Of a DNA stretch of 20,000 nt, positions 1 through 9,700 are shown piece after piece (the stretch's first letter is position 1; each line of letters begins with the position of its first letter). Made by a program: the position numbers and the translations under genes. The DNA is taken from the IMG/VR virus record IMGVR_UViG_3300016482_000014, positions 46,014 to 66,013 of that record; one strand, written 5' to 3'. Under the pieces are notes generated by a model that was not told the origin of the DNA, ran no database searches, and saw only the letters and a list, made by a program, of their open reading frames with translations. Source of the stretch: an uncultured virus (IMG/VR IMGVR_UViG_3300016482_000014). Its lineage: Duplodnaviria > Heunggongvirae > Uroviricota > Caudoviricetes.

Positions 1-185
1 CCAACAAGAAGGAGTCGATCGAAGCTGACGAAGAGTCCGCTGCCGTAGTGAAAGCCGCAGCAGCCATGCACGGAAAGAAAGCCGCTGCGACAGACGATGA
101 AGAGGAAGCTCCCAAGGTTCGCGGTAAGACCAAGGAAGCCGATGTTAAGTCTGTGCTGGATCAATGGGCTGATGACGACGAGTAA
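1..185 (+). CDS. 3' end of a gene truncated by the window edge; probable phage single-stranded DNA-binding protein (acidic C-terminal tail)
   Basis: Not in the ORF track. The frame from nt 3 reads NKKESIEADEESAAVVKAAAAMHGKKAAATDDEEEAPKVRGKTKEADVKSVLDQWADDDE, with TAA at 183-185. A flexible Ala/Glu/Lys linker ending in an aromatic plus acidic tail, followed by a terminator and lying upstream of a primase-helicase, is typical of phage SSBs. Function is inferred. Confidence 0.55.
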   Translation, partial: NKKESIEADEESAAVVKAAAAMHGKKAAATDDEEEAPKVRGKTKEADVKSVLDQWADDDE

Positions 186-198
186 TCAGTAGCGTCGC

Positions 199-224
199 AG
201 GGGCGGTTCACCCCGCCCCTTTTT
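199..224 (+). terminator. Rho-independent terminator
   Basis: Stem AGGGGCGG (199-206) pairs with CCGCCCCT (213-220) around a 6-nt loop. It is followed by TTTT and further T-rich sequence and starts 13 nt after the stop at 185. Confidence 0.8.
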
Positions 225-242
225 CATCTTTTGGAGTCCATG

Positions 243-476
243 ATGCGTGGCTATTCATACGAATTTGTACTTAAAGTGCGCACGTTAGCCAAGGGCAAAC
301 AAGCCCCGGTCGGTGTGCAGTTAGGTTTGAAAGCAGTAGAAATCGGTTTGCCAATTAAGCAGATCGCCGCCAAACTTGGCGTGTCACGTATGACCGTTTA
401 TGACTGGTTTACTGGGAAGTACCAACCTTCACCGCAGCACCTCAAAAAGCTGACGACATTGGTGGGCAGTAAATAA
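243..476 (+). CDS. XRE/Cro-type helix-turn-helix DNA-binding protein (~77 aa)
   Basis: LPIKQIAAKLGVSRMTVYDWFTGKYQPS is a classic Cro/XRE HTH. Start moved from TTG 231 to ATG 243 because GGAG (233-236) lies 6 nt upstream; ATG 240 is an alternative. Confidence 0.85.
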   Translation: MRGYSYEFVLKVRTLAKGKQAPVGVQLGLKAVEIGLPIKQIAAKLGVSRMTVYDWFTGKYQPSPQHLKKLTTLVGSK

Positions 477-495
477 TCATAGACAGAGGCATACG

Positions 496-3417
496 ATGAC
501 ACCCTTAGATTTTTTTCGGTTAGTAACTCCAAGCCAAGGGGTGTATTGTTTCGCGGCCATATCTAACGGGAAGGTTGAGCATGTATTTTTGGAGTCTGTC
601 GAGGATCTCGCTGGTATCAGCGAAGCCGTCATCGATGGTATTGACCAGTACTACACTCCCGCAACATTCAAAGTGCAGGGCAAACGCACACAGGCAAATA
701 CTGCCAAGGTAAAAGCGTTTTGGTTTGACATCGATGTAGGTAAAGCCAACGACAAATGCTATTCCACACAAGATGAAGCCACAGACGCAATTGATGCGTT
801 TCTTGCTGCGACAAACCTGCCAGACCCCCTGTGGGTCAACTCCGGCAACGGAATCCATCTGTACTGGCCTTTCAACAAAGAGCTTGATGCAGAAGTGTGG
901 AAGCCTATCGCTGGGCGTTTGCAAGCATTGGCACTCAAGCATGGTTTGCTGGTGGATACATCATGCACAACAGACAGCGCAAGACTGCTGCGCTATCCCG
1001 GATCGAAGAATTACCGCGACCCACAGAACCCCAAGCAAGGAAGTATCCTGACGGATACCTATGAACCGTTGGATCTGATGGATTTTGCAGGGAAGCTCGG
1101 ATTGGGCGATACCAGCCAAGATTCAGATGAGCAAGACGAAGCATTGCCATTTTCCGTGCCTGACCATATCAAGCACGTTGACGACGACATAAATAAAAGC
1201 ATTGTTGGTGTAACGGTGTTCAAGATCATCATGGATCGATCTGACTCCTGCCAGCAACTGCAACACATTCGCAAGGAGAGAGAATCTTTACCAGAACCAT
1301 TGTGGAGAGCAGGATTATCGATTGCACAGATCTGCGAGGATCGGGAAGACGCTATCAAGGCTGTGTCTGAGGGCCACCCAGATTACAGCTACGCTGCCGC
1401 AGAGAAGAAAGCTGCACAGACCAATGGCCCCTACACATGCCAAGCGTTTGAGAAGCTGGACTCCGAGCGGTGTAAAGGTTGCAAGCACTACGGCAAATTG
1501 TCCACGCCCGCGCAGTTGGGACGGTATGTGGCTCCCGCTGTAACGGAAGAAGACCGCACGGTGGAAGTCCCCAAGCCTACGGCTACTGCTACGGTGTTGT
1601 TGCATCCCAGCATCCAACCAGCAAAGACAGTTATTCCAGAGTACCCCAGCCCCTACTTCCGACCGAAAGGCGGCATGGGTGTGCATAAAGTAGTGAAAGT
1701 GCAGGGCGAACCAGACACCTCGGTTCAGATCTGTGAATACGATTTTTATGTGACACGCCGGATGGTCGACCCGGATGTGGGCGAAGTACTGTGGTTCAGA
1801 CTACATATGCCGCTTGATGGGATCAGAGAGTTCAGCATCCCCCTTTCGGACGCAGTGGCACGAGATAAGTTACGCGATGCTCTCGCGATGCACGGTGTGA
1901 TGACAATCGACACCAAGCAGGTAACGGAGTATCTGGTTTACGTTAAAAAATGGTTGAGGCATCTACAAATGACAAAGCAAGCAGAAAAAGTACGATCCCA
2001 AATGGGCTGGACAGACGATGGCACGTTTGTCGTTGGCACCAAGGAGCTTGTTGCTGGGCAACCGGAAGGGCAAGACATCTTGTATGCGCCACCCGCAACT
2101 AAGAACATGAACATCATCCCTGCGATGACCGATCGTGGCGACTTCCACAAGTGGAAAGAGGTGATTAACTTCTACGCCAACGATGACATGGAAGCCTATG
2201 CGTTTGCCGTGTTCCTGAGTTTCGGTGCGCCACTCATGCAGTTCACGCCCTTGCGTGGTGGTGTATACAACCTAGTCAGTGAGCATTCCGGTATCGGTAA
2301 GTCTTCGGCTTTGCTGGCTGCGAACAGCATCTGGGGGCATCCGTTTGATCTGCTCATGCAAAAAGACGACACCTATAACGTGCGTATCCACCGTGCGGGG
2401 GTCATGCGCCATCTGCCGCTGACGATTGACGAAATCACCAACATGAAGCCCATGGAGCTTTCTGATCAGGTCTATGCCAGCACATCCGGTCGGGGGAAAA
2501 ACCGCATGGAGACGCACACCAATACCGAGCGCCTAAACCTGACGACATGGCAGACCCCCACGCTGACCACCTCCAACTCCAGCATTTCTGACAAACTGTT
2601 TATGAACAAAAGTTTTCCGGAAGGCGAGTTGATGCGCGTGATCGAGGTCGGAGTCCAGCGCAATACAAAATATCCCAAGTCGTATACCGATATGTTGTTC
2701 CCGCAACTGGAGCATAACTACGGGATGGCATGGTTGCCCTACATGCGGTACATCATGAACAACCAGAGTGACGTTATCGGTATGCTGCGCCGCACACAAG
2801 AGAAGACAGACTCAGCCGCAAACCTGACGCAGCGTGAGCGGATCTGGTCAACGATGGCAGCGATCGGGCTGACGGGGGGTGCGATTGCACATTCTCTGGG
2901 GCTGCATGATATCAACGTAGAGCGGGTCGCACGGTGGGTGGCTGGACATATGTTTGACAGCTCCAAGAACATCACGCAATCCAGCAGCACGATGGAAGAG
3001 CATATCGCCGCATACATGGCTGAGAACTACACCAACATGCTGATGATTCGCAACGAGCCGGATATTGGCGAGATGTCCGTGATCCCAATCATTGAGCCTC
3101 GCGGTGAGTTGTTGATTCGGTGTGAGCCTGATACCCGCCGTATCTTTATCGCCATCGGGCCGTTCAAGAAGTGGTGCGCAAAGAACCAGATTACGTACGC
3201 ATCGGTAACACAATCGCTTGAGCGCAGTGGTATCAAGGTGGAAACGCTGAAAAAACGCATGTCCAAGGGTACGGCAATTACCATGCCCCCGGTGTCCACG
3301 ATCATGATTCAGGTGCCAGACAATGTGGCAGGGTCTGTGTTTGGCTTAGACGAGATGGATAAGATCGATGAAGAGAAGAAAGCGGCCACAATTGAAGCTC
3401 TTGCCCGCACCGCCTAA
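496..3417 (+). CDS. DNA primase-helicase fusion (AEP/RepB-like primase + Cys-rich domain + DUF927-like P-loop helicase), 973 aa
   Basis: AEP motifs: WFDID (721-735), SGNGIHLYW (841-867) and DSARLLRYPG. Cys residues C252, C280, C315, C326, C329. QMGW motif typical of DUF927. Walker A-like SGIGKSS (~2287-2307), Walker B LTIDE (~2419-2433) and a downstream GRGKNR. GAGG RBS upstream of the ATG. Confidence 0.85.
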   Translation: MTPLDFFRLVTPSQGVYCFAAISNGKVEHVFLESVEDLAGISEAVIDGIDQYYTPATFKVQGKRTQANTAKVKAFWFDIDVGKANDKCYSTQDEATDAIDAFLAATNLPDPLWVNSGNGIHLYWPFNKELDAEVWKPIAGRLQALALKHGLLVDTSCTTDSARLLRYPGSKNYRDPQNPKQGSILTDTYEPLDLMDFAGKLGLGDTSQDSDEQDEALPFSVPDHIKHVDDDINKSIVGVTVFKIIMDRSDSCQQLQHIRKERESLPEPLWRAGLSIAQICEDREDAIKAVSEGHPDYSYAAAEKKAAQTNGPYTCQAFEKLDSERCKGCKHYGKLSTPAQLGRYVAPAVTEEDRTVEVPKPTATATVLLHPSIQPAKTVIPEYPSPYFRPKGGMGVHKVVKVQGEPDTSVQICEYDFYVTRRMVDPDVGEVLWFRLHMPLDGIREFSIPLSDAVARDKLRDALAMHGVMTIDTKQVTEYLVYVKKWLRHLQMTKQAEKVRSQMGWTDDGTFVVGTKELVAGQPEGQDILYAPPATKNMNIIPAMTDRGDFHKWKEVINFYANDDMEAYAFAVFLSFGAPLMQFTPLRGGVYNLVSEHSGIGKSSALLAANSIWGHPFDLLMQKDDTYNVRIHRAGVMRHLPLTIDEITNMKPMELSDQVYASTSGRGKNRMETHTNTERLNLTTWQTPTLTTSNSSISDKLFMNKSFPEGELMRVIEVGVQRNTKYPKSYTDMLFPQLEHNYGMAWLPYMRYIMNNQSDVIGMLRRTQEKTDSAANLTQRERIWSTMAAIGLTGGAIAHSLGLHDINVERVARWVAGHMFDSSKNITQSSSTMEEHIAAYMAENYTNMLMIRNEPDIGEMSVIPIIEPRGELLIRCEPDTRRIFIAIGPFKKWCAKNQITYASVTQSLERSGIKVETLKKRMSKGTAITMPPVSTIMIQVPDNVAGSVFGLDEMDKIDEEKKAATIEALARTA

Positions 3418-3634
3418 ACCAGTAAATGAATGGCGGTTCACGACTGAAGGGGTGGAGTTTGTTCTGAACTGGGACAAGCTCCCCATTCACGGGTTTGTAT
3501 TTATCCCGTGCATAGAAACTGAAAAAGTAAGTATGTCGTTACGCAAGGAAGCCAGCAAGCAGGGGATATCCCTATCCCTCAAAGTTGGTATTCGGAACGG
3601 ATACTGGGGAGTTGGAGTTTGGCGGACACGGTGA
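3368..3634 (+). CDS. small hypothetical phage protein (up to 88 aa; start uncertain)
   Basis: Overlaps the primase-helicase 3' end by 50 nt. The C-terminal part looks folded (LNWDKLPIHGFVFIPC...GYWGVGVWR), resembling small basic phage proteins with 'FxP...GVxVWR' patterns. It fills the space before the intergenic region. Confidence 0.6.
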   Translation: MKRRKRPQLKLLPAPPKPVNEWRFTTEGVEFVLNWDKLPIHGFVFIPCIETEKVSMSLRKEASKQGISLSLKVGIRNGYWGVGVWRTR

Positions 3635-3640
3635 TATACT
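3612..3640 (+). promoter_or_regulatory. sigma70-like promoter with extended -10
   Basis: TTGGAG (3612-3617), 17-nt spacer, TATACT (3635-3640), with TG at 3632-3633 giving TGnTATACT. It points into a region with no ORF that ends in a terminator. Confidence 0.65.
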
Positions 3641-3645
3641 GCACA

Positions 3646-3733
3646 CGTACCGGTTCTCTCCCCGGTACGGACATTCTCTCCTTTTGGTTCTGATGTGGTG
3701 ACACCCCCGGCCCTCTCCTGCCGGGGGTTTTTT
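3646..3733 (+). ncRNA. candidate small RNA with three CUCUCC motifs (anti-SD-like loops)
   Basis: Hairpin 1: CGTACCGG (3646-3653) / CCGGTACG (3662-3669), loop TTCTCTCC. Middle copy TTCTCTCC at 3674-3681. Hairpin 3: ACCCCCGGC (3703-3711) / GCCGGGGGT (3720-3728), loop CCTCTCCT, then a T-run. Bounded by a promoter and a terminator. Confidence 0.55.
3703..3733 (+). terminator. Rho-independent terminator closing the + arm and the candidate sRNA
   Basis: 9-bp GC-rich stem, 8-nt loop and TTTTTT (3728-3733). The T-run overlaps the TAA stop (3732-3734) of the convergent 2075-aa gene. Confidence 0.85.
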
Positions 3734-6700
3734 ATTCCTTGAGCTTCATATAGTCGGTGCGCACCCGCCCGATGTCAGACAAGATCTCAGTCTCGACCCG
3801 CTTCAGTTCGTTGATCGCATCACGACGCTCCGCACCTGAGATGCCAATGTTGGCACCAGACTCGTAAAGTTTTTTCTGCTCACGGATGGTACGCAGAAGT
3901 TTGAGCTTGGCGTTGACGTACGGTGCGGCTGCAAGCAAGTGGTAGTTTTTCTCAATGAACTTGGCCTGCTTTTCAGGATCATCCTTGAGCGAGTTTTTGC
4001 CAGCCACCGCAGCGGCAACTTTTTCACGGAATTCGTAGAAGTCATCCTTCGTGCGAGATCCCACCGGTGCCATGATACCGATACTCAAGAACGGCAACTG
4101 TTCCAACCCACGATCAGGACGGGCAGGGTTCATCATGGAATCTAGCATCATTGACGCCGTAGATCCCATCAAACCGAAGTACCCACGCACGAAGTTATCG
4201 ATCTGAATCGGTGAGGTGGAGGTCTGCTCGCCCAACCATTTCGCAAACTCAGATGTTGCCGGGGTGTACTGAAGCGCGGCTGGTTTGGCTTTAAGTGACG
4301 GTGAAATCAGTTCTCGCTTGGTAAAGAATGAGAAGTTCGTGTAGTTCTCCAGCGCAGGGCGCAGGATCGCAGGGATTGGCTCGTTGCCATACACCGTCAC
4401 GGCTCCTCGCAGGAAGTCCAGCGCAGCGTCTACAGCGGGCTTGGCTTCGTCCTTTGAGTGATCCTTGTAGTACTGAATTGCCCGCTCAGGGATGGATTTG
4501 AAGATAAACCCAAGTTCGACTGGCACTGGGATCTTGAGCGACTGCTTCATACCAAACGCATCACTGACCGATTTTGGCAGTATCCATGCACGATCCCGCA
4601 CTTCGTCTGACGTTTCCTCGTAACCCTCGTCGTCGCTCATCACAAGCGCATACATGGTACCCATCGCCATCATGGTCAGGATACGTGACACGAACATACC
4701 AGCAGCGGCTCTTTTTGCCATGCCAGAAGACGCATCTTCACCGGTAAACCCACGATACAGCAAGTCAGTACCTTGCGCCCACGAGTTAAAGAACGGGATG
4801 ATATGGGTGAGCATCCGCATGGTCTTAGATGCGCCACGGCGGTTGAAGTTGATTAACTCACGCGCACGGGATTGGGCGAGTACCGCATCCCCGGTTTCCC
4901 GCATGGTTTGCTCATACACCGCCAGACGTGCTGCCATGTCAGAAGCTTTTGTCACCTGCTCCATGGCATGAACCAGCGCACGGACTGGACTGCGGCGCAC
5001 TGCATTGGTGTCAAACTCCACCGTTTCGATTGGGTTGATGGGATTGAAGTCATAGTCACCAACAATCCCGGAACGCTCCAGTGAATCAATGACGGCTTTG
5101 TTTCCACCAAAGTTCTTCAGGAACAAGATGCGGGGCAGGTTGATAAGCGTTTTGCCCATCGCTGCCAGCGGATTCTTGACGCCAGAGTAGAACATCACCC
5201 GCTGTGCATCATCAAACACCTGCTTGAGCGCAAACATGGGGGTGGCTGTCACCGTGGTACGTAGAAGTCTTGAGCTTGCAGAAAACACGTTGATCAGACT
5301 ACCCTTGATCTCGGGAGCCTCGGCAAACGCTGCCAAGTCGTACTGGTTCTGCACTTCAAAGAATACAGGGTTGCCGCCCTCGTACAGTGCGGGCAGTACC
5401 AAATGCGTATTGGTAGCGTTCTTGGGACTATCCAGTTTGGTAGCCATACCTGCATCGGCCATGATATTCAACGTACGCACCACAGCCGAGTTGCGCATGG
5501 ATTGTTCGGTCATCCAAGCCAGCTTGTGCATGTAGTTGTCAATGGCGTTTGCCACTGGGCGACCGAGTGAACCTTTCAACTGCGGCAGTTTACCAAGCGC
5601 GGCAATACCCCTGCGACCAGCAGCAAATACGATTTCCGGATTCTCGCTGATGTCTTTGAGTCGATCGAACGGTACATAGTTGACTGCGGCTTTCCAGTTG
5701 TCAGCCTGCTCCTTGTGGATACGCCCAGAAGTGACCATCGCATCGATCAGATTGCTGCGAACTGTATTCATGATTCGCTGGATTTCTTGGATCTCAGGAC
5801 TCTTATTGAACACGGCTACCAGCGCATCAATTTCTGCGTTAGTTCTATGCAGCAGTACTTTACCCAACCGGGTTTCGTAAGCAGCATCAACATCACCAGC
5901 AGCGGCTTGCTCAAGCGCCAGCGTTTCCAACTTACGGTTATGATCCCGCAGTTCTTTAAGCCGCATTCCTTCCAGTACCGTTGCCACTTTCGCTTTGGTG
6001 GTCGGGTACGTCGAGTTGTTCTTCTTGGCAAGCTCCGCCAGTTTTTCCACAATCATTTGCGGAGACGCGGGTTTACCCTGACTATCTTTCAGTTCAGTAG
6101 CTGTCCAAAGACCATTCGACTCGAGCTTCAACCCACCCGTGCGGTATACCTGCAACGCAATACGTTGATGGTCAAATGCTTGGCGCATCCAGACAATTGG
6201 GTTCACATCGCCAAACTGCCCGCGCACTCCTTGGGAAAACGCATCGCTCAAACGCTTGGCGATTGGAGCCAAAATATCCACAGTCTGTTGACGAATCAAT
6301 GTGGCGTAGCCTGCCTCACCCTGACTGATGGTGTTGAGGAACTTGCGCATTTCCGTGCGCTGAACCTGATTGGGGGCTTGATTGACCTGAGCCAACGAGG
6401 TGGGCAGGGGTTGACCTAACGGTGTGTTGACGTTTTGTGCAGCGTACGCAATATCGGAAGCAAAGATAGACTTGCCAGTCGTGCGCATCTGCAACTCACG
6501 CCCAGACCGCATCAAACCGTCGACTGCCACCATAGCGGTGAACAGCACGTTGCCTTGGGGTGAACCTTCTGCAATACCCAGCAAAGAGCGCAGCGCACGG
6601 GCAAACCACGAGAACACCGACTGGTTGCGGTACGGCATACCCATCAACTGAAACTGGAAGTCACGGTTTGACATGGCTTCTGAGGCAAACTCAGTCAGAC

Positions 6701-9700
6701 TGGATAGCCCATACTCTTTGGCCAGATCCGGGCGGCTTGCCTTCACATGATCATAGACTTCTTGCAGCGTACGGAAGTTGGGGTTACGAGCCTGCCCACG
6801 CTCTTGCAGCACGATGGAGCGGTGGACAAACGCATGGATCATCTCATGCAGGAATGTATGGGAATCCGCAGCACCCTGCACCAGCGCAATTTCGTCGTTG
6901 ATGGAGTTGTACTCGCCCAGTATGGGTTCGCCGTTCACGTCGTTACCCAAGGAGTCCACCATACGCATAGTGGGCATGGGCATCTTCATATCAAGAATAC
7001 GGCGGGCAACGAGCTGTTCCTTGGGGTTAAACACCCCAGAGTTGTCATTAACGATGACTTGCAGTGCCGCAATAGGATCTTTCGCTGTGAATGCTTTGAT
7101 CAGATTGTCGGTTACAGCACCCGCTGAGTCACCAGTTGCTTGCAGTGTCTGTACAGCGTTAGGAATACTCTGGTCTTTTGATTTCTGTAGCATACCCTCC
7201 AAACTGCCAGCAGCACCTACGATATCGCCTTCCGCAATTTCCTCCGCAATCTTCCTGCGGTCTATCTGTGTGATCAACCCACTGTCGGCAGCATCACGAG
7301 CCAATCTTGCCAACGCCTTGGGGTCAACCGTTTCGCCCATCTGCAACTCAGCTACACGTTGCAGCGCCTCATCATGGGAAGTAGTTTCGGAGGGTAGGGT
7401 GGTTACTGGAGCAGGTGCTTGTTCGATTCCCTGAGTGTCGATTCCAGCTCGTTCAGTAGGGCGAACCAATCCTCCTGACTCAGGTGCTGTAGTGGCTCCG
7501 GTGGTACCCTCTTGTGTGGCGGTTGGGATACTGCCCACGTCAACCACTCCCACGCCTCGCTCACTTGGTTGTCCGACAGTGGCTGGCTCAGTTGGAGTTG
7601 GTGCGGGCTTGACATCTTTAGCTCCTTGCGTTTGGGGCATCTCTTGAATAAGGTATCCGCCCTGACCATCTTGCGCAACCACACGGAACGTAGCATCACG
7701 AGATGTAGTTTGGGATATTTCTGATTCGTATTCCTGTGCGGTTTCAGGATCAAACGTAACCCACGATAGATCTTTGGAGGGTATGGTTGAAAGATCAATT
7801 CCCGGTGTTGCGGTAACACCTTCGTTGCCTAGTTCATCTCGCTCGTAAGCAACTATATCTGCAGCGGTCATATCTGTTGGCATACCACTGCTTCCGGTGC
7901 GATATACCGTACGAGACTGAATATCAGGTGTAACACCCACAGTTTCAGCCGCAGGAGCCTCGACCACAGGAGCAGTGTCAACCGGTAACTGCCCCAAGAA
8001 CGTATCAATATTTTCTTTGATACTCTCTGAGCGGTTCGGGGCGTCGCGGTATGTCTCCAGCACATTACGCACAAACTGACGGTCTTCAGGCTTGGTCAGG
8101 TCGGCATTGCGCAGGTCTGCATTTTTACGAAGCACCGCTGTCTTGCCAATACCCAACGTATCAAACACAGAGTCATCGACCTTCGTGGGTGCGACGGGTG
8201 CTGCGGGAGGCAGTTCAGCCTCAAAATCAAGCGCACCTTGTGCGGCTGGCACGGGTGCAGCTAACTTACTATCATACAAATTCTGTAGTTTTTCTTTAAC
8301 TTCGGGCTTAACCTGCGGGTTCTGCATCGCACGACCAATAACCTCTGCGGCCTTGGTGCGTTGATCCGCATCACCCAAATCCAACCCCGACAACTGCTTA
8401 GTATATGCAGCCGATTTCGGCAACCCAATGTCGAGTAGTTCCTGCGGTTTGATTGTGAGGTCTACTGGTGCTGGAGCAGGAGCAATCTGTGGTGGCCCAA
8501 GCTCTCGCATAACGATTTGCTCAGGCTGTGCAGGAGTAGCGGCTTCGAATACAGCCGCCGAAGCTTTTGCTCTTTGCTCTTCTGGGATATCCTTGACTTC
8601 TTCTTTTGCCAGCTTTGCACGGCGTGTGGGTTCCAACCCAATAGTCTTGGCAAATGCCTGACCTTCACCGATCTTGTCGTTGACGAGCTTCAACTGCTCG
8701 TTGATTTGCTGACGAACTTCCTTGTTTGCCGACACACGATCGAGGTTTTGTTTGAGGATCGTGAGGTTATCTTTGGCGGCATAGAGTGAGTTCAGGCTGT
8801 CATCCAGTCCTTCCACTTCCAGTGAAACACCCGCAACACCTTGCCCAATCTCACCTACTTTTGCACTGAGTTCTTCCGCAGTTTTGATCTGTGCGGCTTC
8901 CTCTTCCTGTTTCTGTAGTTCGAGGGCTTGCAGTTCACGCTCTCGCATGACATCGGCGGTTTCTTGCTCTTGGCGCAAAATGGCTTCGCGCTCGGGTGTC
9001 ATGGGAGGTTCAATCGCCTCACCAGTGGGAGTCAGCCCACGAGCTTCCAATTCTTGACGAGCAGCACGACGATCCAATGGAGACGCCACCGCACCGATCG
9101 CTGGGCCAGCCTGCAACGCACCATAGGCAGCAAGGCCATATTTCTCAATCGCATCATCAGAGAGCAGATCCTGCCCAGACTGCCAACGCTCTAGTACGGT
9201 CTGTGCCACTTCCACTGGGATCTCGGACAAACCTCGTGCAGCACCCCTGCCAGCACCACCAGCCAACGAAGCCTGTGCGGTTTGCAGGAGTTGTTTCTCG
9301 GCAAGCTCCTTGGAGACTTCTTTACCGATCATCTTGCCGATCAGGTTTTTACCAAGAGTGAACGCCGTGCCACCGGCTTCAAGGGCTGTCTGTCCAGCAG
9401 CGGCAACGGCAGCGCTGCTCCTATCCAATTCCAGTTGTTTCTTTTGCTCTTGGGCTACTCGTGCTTGCTCTTCGAGGTTGGCACCAAAAAACTGTGGATA
9501 CAGATACCCAGCCGCACCCGCGATACCGCCAATCGTGGCTCCAACAGGGCCAGCTAGCGCACCTACTTTTGCACCAGCAAAACCTGCACCAAGCGTACCA
9601 AGAATGTTCGCGCCTTGTTCAGCAACCGCACCGGGAATCTGAGAGACGAACTCACCTGCCGCAGGAAGGAACCCCTCACGTTGGTAGATATCTTTGACCT

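Noticed and set aside
520..3490. Minus-strand and alternate-frame ORFs inside the primase-helicase
   Set aside because: Short, without motifs, and fully overlapping a well-supported gene.
3646..3733. tRNA, CRISPR mini-array or attP interpretation of the intergenic hairpins
   Set aside because: No cloverleaf or T-loop consensus; repeats are only 6-8 nt with no repeat-spacer pattern; no integrase in the window.
5715..7434. Long + strand ORFs (234, 218, 126 and 113 aa) opposite the 2075-aa gene
   Set aside because: Antisense shadows of a long coding frame; no recognisable motifs, and composition typical of reverse-frame translation.
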